Source of the DNA: Labilithrix sp.
GTDB lineage: Bacteria; Myxococcota_A; Polyangia; Polyangiales; Polyangiaceae
NCBI GenBank assembly: GCA_046351255.1
Contig: JAXLYU010000014.1
Span: forward strand, 187,730-251,729
DNA length: 64,000 nucleotides
Direction of reading: 5' to 3'
In this document: positions 58,669 to 64,000 of the stretch, piece after piece
Layout of the letters: each line of letters starts with the position of its first letter
Position numbering within the stretch: the first letter of the stretch is position 1
The notes under the pieces: generated by a model
What the model saw: only the letters and a program-made list of their open reading frames with translations
What the model was told of the DNA's origin: nothing
Databases searched by the model: none
Program-made: the position numbers and the translations under genes

Positions 58669-59562
58669 ATGGCAACGGAGCCGAAACGTTTTCGCGAGCT
58701 GGAGTCCGCCATCGATGCGGTGGTGGCCAGCTATACGGGCTCGCTCGAGATCGACAACCTCGAGAGCGCGGCGCTTCCCAGCAAGCGGCGCGTGATCGAG
58801 GCGCTCGAGCATCTGAAGTCGGCGCTCTTCGTCGGGTTCTATTCCACGCACGCGCTTCATCGCGACAATCTCCGCCAGGTCATCGCGGAGCACCTCTACG
58901 CGGCGCATCACATCCTCGTCGATCAGATCGAGCGAGCGCTCTCCTACGACCACTGGATGGGCCGGGCGGAGAAGCCGCTTCCTCCAGGATCGGGGGAGGG
59001 CGTGGTGCTCGCGCTCTTCGAGGCGATCCCGGAGCTCCGGCGCCTCCTGAACGAGGACGTACGCGCGGCCTACACGGGGGATCCCGCGGCGAAGAACGTC
59101 GAGGAGATCGTCTTCGCGTATCCGTCGCTCGAGGCGATCGTCGCCTATCGGCTCGCGAACCGCCTCTGTCGCGCCGGCGTGCCGATGATCCCTCGCATCA
59201 TCACGGAGCACGCGCACTCGCGCACGGGCGTCGACATCAGTCCCGGCGCGAGCATCGGTGAGCGGTTCTTCATCGACCACGGCACCGGCGTGGTGGTGGG
59301 AGAGACCACCGTCATCGGGAACGGCGTGAAGCTCTATCAGGGCGTCACGCTCGGTGCGCTCAGCGTCCCGCGTCGCGACGATCAGAAGAAGCGCCATCCC
59401 ACGCTGGAAGACGACGTCACCATCTACGCGGGCGCCACCATCCTCGGGGGCGACACCGTCATCGGCAAGGGCTCGACGATCGGCGGAAACGTCTGGCTCA
59501 CGCATTCCGTTCCGCCAAACTCGAAGGTCTTCGGCCGGCCGCGCGAGGAGGAGATGCCTTAG
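58669..59562 (+). CDS. cysE: Serine O-acetyltransferase
   Basis: SATase N-domain plus left-handed beta-helix hexapeptide repeats (IDHGTGVVVGETTVIGNGVKLYQGVTLGA...IYAGATILGGDTVIGKGSTIGGNVWL). It is divergent from cysK. Confidence 0.85.
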   Translation: MATEPKRFRELESAIDAVVASYTGSLEIDNLESAALPSKRRVIEALEHLKSALFVGFYSTHALHRDNLRQVIAEHLYAAHHILVDQIERALSYDHWMGRAEKPLPPGSGEGVVLALFEAIPELRRLLNEDVRAAYTGDPAAKNVEEIVFAYPSLEAIVAYRLANRLCRAGVPMIPRIITEHAHSRTGVDISPGASIGERFFIDHGTGVVVGETTVIGNGVKLYQGVTLGALSVPRRDDQKKRHPTLEDDVTIYAGATILGGDTVIGKGSTIGGNVWLTHSVPPNSKVFGRPREEEMP

Positions 59563-59596
59563 ACGGCGGCGCCGTCGCTGGTGATACGCTGCAGCG

Positions 59597-60496
59597 GTGG
59601 GGACGAACGAGCGCCCAGCGAGAGGACCGCTCGAGAGCGAGTCCGACGAGATCCCGACCCGGATCCTCGACGGGGCGCCGGATCTCGAGGACGACGGCCC
59701 TACCATCATGCACCGCGACGAGCCCACGATCCGCACCGAGGTGGACACCGAGGACCTCCGCGCGAAGCTTCCTCCGTCGATGCGCGCGCTCGAGGCCGCT
59801 CCCAGGCTGATGCCGAAGCCGCCCGCGCCGGCGGTGCCGGCGGTGCCGGTGGTACCGGTAGAGCCGCCCGCGCCCGACCTCGATCCGGAGCCGCCATCGA
59901 TCATCACCGAGATCGGCGCGGTGCCGCGCATGGTCACGGTGCCGAACATGGTCACGACGCCCAAGAGGGCGCCGCTCGCTCCCCTCATGGAGCGTGAGAC
60001 CGAGAACACGAAGAAGATGGCGGCCGTGTACGTCGCGCCGACGCCGGCGTCGGCCCCGGCCCCGGCGCTCGTCCCCTCCGCGCCGCCGTCGGACGATCTG
60101 CCCTACGAGGTGCCCGGTCTCGAGAAGAGCGGGCGAGGGAAGTGGCTCGCGATCGCGCTCACCGCGATCGTCTGCGTGGGCGCCGGCGGCGTCGCCGTGG
60201 GCCGGGTGAGCGCGCTCAACACGCCCGCCCCGTCCAGGGCACCCAGCGCGACGACGGCGCCCGCCGCCACGCCGCCGCCACCACCGCCCGAGCCCGTGGC
60301 CTCCGCGGTCGAGCCAGCACCGTCGTCGCCGTCGCCATCGCCATCGCCCCCGGAGAGCGTCGCTCCGGCGCCGCGTCCGATCGAACCCGAGAGACGGATC
60401 GCGCCGGCGCCGCGACCGTCGCCGCCGCCTTTCGTCGCGCGGCCTCCTGCGCAAAAGCCGCCGAGCGGGACGATCGTCCGCGACAACCCGTTCTGA
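59597..60496 (+). CDS. Pro/Ala-rich single-pass membrane protein, hypothetical
   Basis: GTG start. A transmembrane helix WLAIALTAIVCVGAGGVAVG sits between Pro-rich segments. Contains the 26-nt copy of the kinase repeat motif at 60379..60404. Confidence 0.45.
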   Translation: MGTNERPARGPLESESDEIPTRILDGAPDLEDDGPTIMHRDEPTIRTEVDTEDLRAKLPPSMRALEAAPRLMPKPPAPAVPAVPVVPVEPPAPDLDPEPPSIITEIGAVPRMVTVPNMVTTPKRAPLAPLMERETENTKKMAAVYVAPTPASAPAPALVPSAPPSDDLPYEVPGLEKSGRGKWLAIALTAIVCVGAGGVAVGRVSALNTPAPSRAPSATTAPAATPPPPPPEPVASAVEPAPSSPSPSPSPPESVAPAPRPIEPERRIAPAPRPSPPPFVARPPAQKPPSGTIVRDNPF

Positions 60497-60527
60497 GCGC
60501 GCGCGAGCGAGGCGCGCGATCGAAAGA

Positions 60528-60824
60528 TCACCCGATCCAGGCGCGGCCGCGACCGAGGCGGTGCCGCGTGAACTGAGCGCAGTCGATCGCGAGCTCCTCG
60601 CTCACGAGGCAATCGGGATGCTCCGCGTCCCGGCAGCGCTCGGGAAGGACGAGCCGCTGGCGCTTCACCGCGACCGTCACGTTCGGGAAGGCGACGGACT
60701 GCACCACCGGACGTGTGCCTTCGAAGCCGACGATCTTGCCGACGCCAGGGAGGAGCACGCAGTCGGGCACGAGCACGTAGTGCCCCAGCTCTGGCGTGAA
60801 GTCGGCGCCCATGACGCGCGACAA
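60528..60824 (-). CDS. Hypothetical small protein
   Basis: 98-aa ORF with ordinary composition (MGADFTPELGHYVLVPDCVLLPGVGKIVGF...). No motifs were recognised. Confidence 0.3.
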   Translation of the reverse strand: MSRVMGADFTPELGHYVLVPDCVLLPGVGKIVGFEGTRPVVQSVAFPNVTVAVKRQRLVLPERCRDAEHPDCLVSEELAIDCAQFTRHRLGRGRAWIG

Positions 60825-60863
60825 CCTGCGTCGCGCGCCGCCCGCGTCAAGCCCATCGGCGCG

Positions 60864-61850
60864 TCAGCGCGCCCAGCGATCCTTCGACACGAAGAGGCCC
60901 TTCTCTCCGACCACCACGACGTGGCTCGGGGCGAGCGCGATGGCGTGGAGCCAGTCGGGGATCTCGATGCGTTCGACCGTCTTGCCGGCGAGGTTCGTGA
61001 TGATGAGGCCGTTGCTGTTGTCGACGGCGTAGATGTGGTCGCCGCGCTGGGCGAGATCGACGAGGTGCTCTCGGTCTTCGTCGCGAAGGCTCTTGGCACG
61101 CGCAGCGCCCGGCGCCTGCTGGCGAAGGCCCCAGCCGCCTGCGGCGTACGTGATGCCGGCCTCGCTCATGATCGCGGCCTTCATCGTCGCCTCGCCGCCG
61201 GCATCGATCTTCGTGCGCTCGGCGCGGGGGATCGACTTCCACTCGTGCGTCGTGCCAGACGCGGGCAGCGGGAACGTCACGACCTCGCGTCCGAGCTCCC
61301 TCTGCGCGAAGGTGACCGTCATCTTCGAGGTGGTCGCGTCGAAGCGGCACGAGAGATCGGGGAGGTCGACGAAGCCGATCGAACCCGAAGAACGGAGCGA
61401 CGGGTTCGACGCGAGGAAGGCCTCGATGTGCAGCTTGATCTCGCCGGTGGCCTTGCGGCTCGCGCCGTCGATCACGGTGAGCACGTAGCTCCGGTCGGGC
61501 GGCGTGTGTCCGTACGGATCGAGCGGCGAGTCATCGCGGAGACCGCACGCGATGACGCGATCGCCCGCGGTCGTGAGCGAGTCGTTCGGAATGCGTCCGG
61601 CCACGGTGGCGGTCTTCCGCATCGTGTCGAGGTCGACCACGTCGATGCGGTTCTGGTTGTCGCCCACGAACGCGACACGGCCGGCGACCGCGACCGACTG
61701 GTAAACGGCGCCTCCCGCCGGCGCCAGGGTGCGGTAGCCGTCCGTCGCCGTGATGTCTGCACCAGTCTCGGACGCCGGGGCGGGGTCCTCCGCGCACCCG
61801 ACCGCCAGCATGATCGCTGAAAATCCAAGCATATAGGCGTTATGCGACAT
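60864..61850 (-). CDS. Lipoprotein, beta-propeller-like, hypothetical
   Basis: ATG at 61850 (MSHNAYMLGFSAIMLAVGCAEDP, lipobox). The signal-peptide codons are unusually AT-rich for this genome. The 915-aa track ORF upstream of this point is a frame artefact. Confidence 0.55.
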   Translation of the reverse strand: MSHNAYMLGFSAIMLAVGCAEDPAPASETGADITATDGYRTLAPAGGAVYQSVAVAGRVAFVGDNQNRIDVVDLDTMRKTATVAGRIPNDSLTTAGDRVIACGLRDDSPLDPYGHTPPDRSYVLTVIDGASRKATGEIKLHIEAFLASNPSLRSSGSIGFVDLPDLSCRFDATTSKMTVTFAQRELGREVVTFPLPASGTTHEWKSIPRAERTKIDAGGEATMKAAIMSEAGITYAAGGWGLRQQAPGAARAKSLRDEDREHLVDLAQRGDHIYAVDNSNGLIITNLAGKTVERIEIPDWLHAIALAPSHVVVVGEKGLFVSKDRWAR

Positions 61851-61979
61851 ATCCCTACGTGTAGCACCGAGGCGCGCGCCGTCGAGCAAGTACGCGCGCA
61901 ATCCGCGCAAAATCAGGGAAGCCACGAGGGCGGCCTCGCCGCGTCGTGTCGCCGGTCGACCTGCAGTTATCATCCATGG

Positions 61980-63377
61980 ATGCGCGTCGCGGCATCGCTT
62001 GCGTTGGGCGCGTTCGTGCTCGTCGCATGCGCCTCCGACTACGGTTCGGACGACCCGAGCGCGTCCGATCCGGGTGCGGACGGCGGCGCGAGCTCGAGCG
62101 GCAACGGCAAGGGTGATGGCGGCAGCAGCGGCAATGGCGAAGGCGGGGTCATCCCCGGCAAGCCCATCACCGTGAGCGGCAAGATCGTCAGCTACGGCGT
62201 CGGCATGCCGAACGTGCCCGTCGTCGTGGGCGGCAAGACCGCCGTCAACACGAGCGCTCTCGGCACCTTCAGCGTGCCCGATGTCACGCCGCCGTATGAC
62301 GTCTCCTTCGCGCTGAAGACGAACGACTCCCAGCCTCGCGTGACCGTCTACAAGGGGCTCACGCGTCCCGATCCGACGCTCATCGCGCTCGGCGCGACCG
62401 CCGAGCTTCGTCCCACGCCGACCCAGGCCACGTCCCTGTCGGGCACCATCACCGGCGCGAGCGGCCCGGGCTGGGCGCGGGCCCCGGTGGTCGGGTTCGC
62501 GGGCCCGAACCGGGCCACCGGCTCCGTGGTCGTCGACATGGCGACGGGCGCGTACACGATGAAGGGGACGGACGGGCCTCTCTGGTTCGGCGCGACCTCC
62601 ATCACGGGAACGCTCCACGCAGGGCTCGTGCTCGACAACGCGAGCCCGGTGACCGCGTTCTACGGCAAGCTCCCCAACGTGAACGTGAGCGGCGGAGCGA
62701 CGATCACGGACAAGACGATCGCGCTTCAGTCCGTCCCCGTCGGGGTGATCAACGCGAAGGTCACTGCGCCGGCGCGCTACACCGACGCGACGAAGATGAT
62801 CCTGCTCGCGGCCATCCGCTACGAGGAGTCGGCGGGATACTTCCTCCGCAGCACGAACCTGCCGTTCCCGGTCGACGTGAAGCGCTTCGTCCCGCTCGTC
62901 AACGGCGGCGTCTTCCAGATGGTCGCCGGCTATCAGGCGGGCGGAGACGGCGAGTCGAGCTTCGCGCGCGCCGCCACGGAGCCGGCGGCGACGGCGGAGC
63001 TTTCGGTCGCGCTCGCGGACCCGCCCCAGCACACCGAGCCGGCCGACGGCGCGAAAGGCGTGGCGCGCTCCACCCCGTTTACCTTCACCGCGTTCGCGAA
63101 CGGCATTCACCGCTTCGTCTTCATCGCCAACAATCAGCCGAGCATCACCATCATCACCGCCAGCACGTCGGTCACGCTGCCCGATCTCGCGCCCTTCGCC
63201 ATCACCATTCCTTCGGATGTAGAATACACGTGGCGCGTCGCGGGCTACCGCCCCATCACCTCGATGGACGCCGACGAGCTCGCGCAGTTCATGTCCCCTC
63301 CGGACGGCGTGCTTCCGAACATCGAGCGCGGCGAGTACGCGCTCTCGGCAGCGCGCAAGGTCACGCTCGCGCCGTAG
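61980..63377 (+). CDS. Lipoprotein, hypothetical (beta-rich, Gly/Ser-rich linker)
   Basis: ATG at 61980 (MRVAASLALGAFVLVACASD, lipobox). It is divergent from 60864..61850. Confidence 0.55.
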   Translation: MRVAASLALGAFVLVACASDYGSDDPSASDPGADGGASSSGNGKGDGGSSGNGEGGVIPGKPITVSGKIVSYGVGMPNVPVVVGGKTAVNTSALGTFSVPDVTPPYDVSFALKTNDSQPRVTVYKGLTRPDPTLIALGATAELRPTPTQATSLSGTITGASGPGWARAPVVGFAGPNRATGSVVVDMATGAYTMKGTDGPLWFGATSITGTLHAGLVLDNASPVTAFYGKLPNVNVSGGATITDKTIALQSVPVGVINAKVTAPARYTDATKMILLAAIRYEESAGYFLRSTNLPFPVDVKRFVPLVNGGVFQMVAGYQAGGDGESSFARAATEPAATAELSVALADPPQHTEPADGAKGVARSTPFTFTAFANGIHRFVFIANNQPSITIITASTSVTLPDLAPFAITIPSDVEYTWRVAGYRPITSMDADELAQFMSPPDGVLPNIERGEYALSAARKVTLAP

Positions 63378-64000
63378 GCACGCGCGCGGCGCCGAGGAGC
63401 GCGGCGAGCTCCTCGTCGTCGGCGACGGCGCTCTGCGCCTCCTGGAAGATGCGGGCGACCGTCTCGCGCGACACCTTCGTCGCTCGTCCCGTCTCCACTT
63501 CGTGCAGGGTCGCGAGGGCGAGCGCCAGCGGCACGGCGCAGAAGAACCGCACGTCGGGCGCGGGCCAGAGGAGCGTGTACTCGCGCGCGCGATCGAGGTG
63601 CTCTCGCGCACGAGCGCAGACGGCGCGAACGACGGCGAGGCTCGCGGTGCGGTGCTCCGGCGCGCGCAGGTCCTCGACCGCGATGCCGTTCGCGTCGAGG
63701 AGATCGAGCGGGAGGAAGCAATCGCCGCGCTCGAGATCGTCTCGCACGTCCTTCACGATGTTCACGAGCTGCAGGCCGAGACCGAAGCTGACCGCGCGCG
63801 CGCGCGCCTCGGCCCGTGCCTCTGGAGCCATCGAGGGGACCGTGACCTCGAAGAGCCCGGTCAGGAGCTCTCCGACCGTGCCCGCGACGAAGTAGCAATA
63901 GCGCTCGAGGTCGGCGAGGTCGCGCAGGCGGAGGCGATCGCCACGGCGGCGGTACTCGCGCATGCCGCGCGCCATCTCGAGGATGTGCGGCCGGCACAGG
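63361..64000 (-). CDS. Squalene/phytoene synthase family protein (partial; N-terminus lies beyond the window)
   Basis: The C-terminal region reads YCYFVAGTVGELLTGLF...GLGLQLVNIVKDVRDDLERGDCFLPLD, matching the Asp-rich motif II region of trans-isoprenyl diphosphate synthases (HpnD/CrtB-like). Confidence 0.7.
   Translation of the reverse strand, partial: LCRPHILEMARGMREYRRRGDRLRLRDLADLERYCYFVAGTVGELLTGLFEVTVPSMAPEARAEARARAVSFGLGLQLVNIVKDVRDDLERGDCFLPLDLLDANGIAVEDLRAPEHRTASLAVVRAVCARAREHLDRAREYTLLWPAPDVRFFCAVPLALALATLHEVETGRATKVSRETVARIFQEAQSAVADDEELAALLGAARVPTARA

Noticed and set aside
60864-63611. 915-aa minus-strand ORF
   Set aside because: Only the last 329 aa (from ATG 61850, lipobox) are protein-like. 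Upstream it is antisense to the 61980..63377 lipoprotein gene.

Overview
This is a 64 kb window at roughly 70% GC from a bacterial chromosome. The gene content (ECF sigma/FecR pairs, an NTPase-linked Ser/Thr kinase, FHA and sigma-54 regulators, many lipobox lipoproteins and cysteine-rich repeat secreted proteins) is most consistent with a myxobacterium (Polyangia/Sorangiineae-like). That assignment is inference from the sequence only. About 55 genes can be supported. The six-frame track is full of long Arg/Ala-rich ORFs that are GC-driven frame artefacts; these are listed under rejected items.

Main points:
- A full-length major vault protein (MVP) homologue of eukaryotic type sits at 30792..33209. 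It is transcribed divergently from a BON-domain gene and a general stress protein 17M-like gene.
- A cyanophycin locus is present: cphB, cphA, a stand-alone paralogue of the cphA M (Mur-ligase-like) domain and an SMI1/KNR4-family gene on the minus strand, with a lipoprotein gene and iadA transcribed divergently on the plus strand.
- Two families of secreted cysteine-rich tandem-repeat proteins occur. One member lies directly downstream of an ECF sigma/FecR pair. Two others are flanked by paralogous LuxR regulators, next to a knottin-like lipoprotein.
- A 4.5 kb stretch (34.4-38.9 kb) consists only of broken signalling genes: a tandem-Usp gene, a CheB fragment, a frameshifted NtrC-type regulator and histidine-kinase remnants.
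- The minus strand at 44.7-53.3 kb carries, in order, an oxygenase-partner gene, a Rieske-reductase-ferredoxin fusion, a beta-propeller/di-haem peroxidase fusion and a roughly 1190-aa NTPase-linked Ser/Thr kinase. The kinase contains an 18-bp tandem triplication, and a copy of that motif recurs 7.5 kb away.
- Other content: an HlyD/ABC/ABC-2 efflux operon with a TetR gene, D-aminoacylase, hemerythrin, M28 and papain-like C1 peptidases, an SGNH esterase, a DUF2334 deacetylase-like protein, osmC, cysK, cysE and a partial squalene/phytoene-synthase gene at the window edge.

No rRNA, tRNA, CRISPR array or obvious mobile element was found. All identifications rest on motifs read from the translations; no database search was possible.
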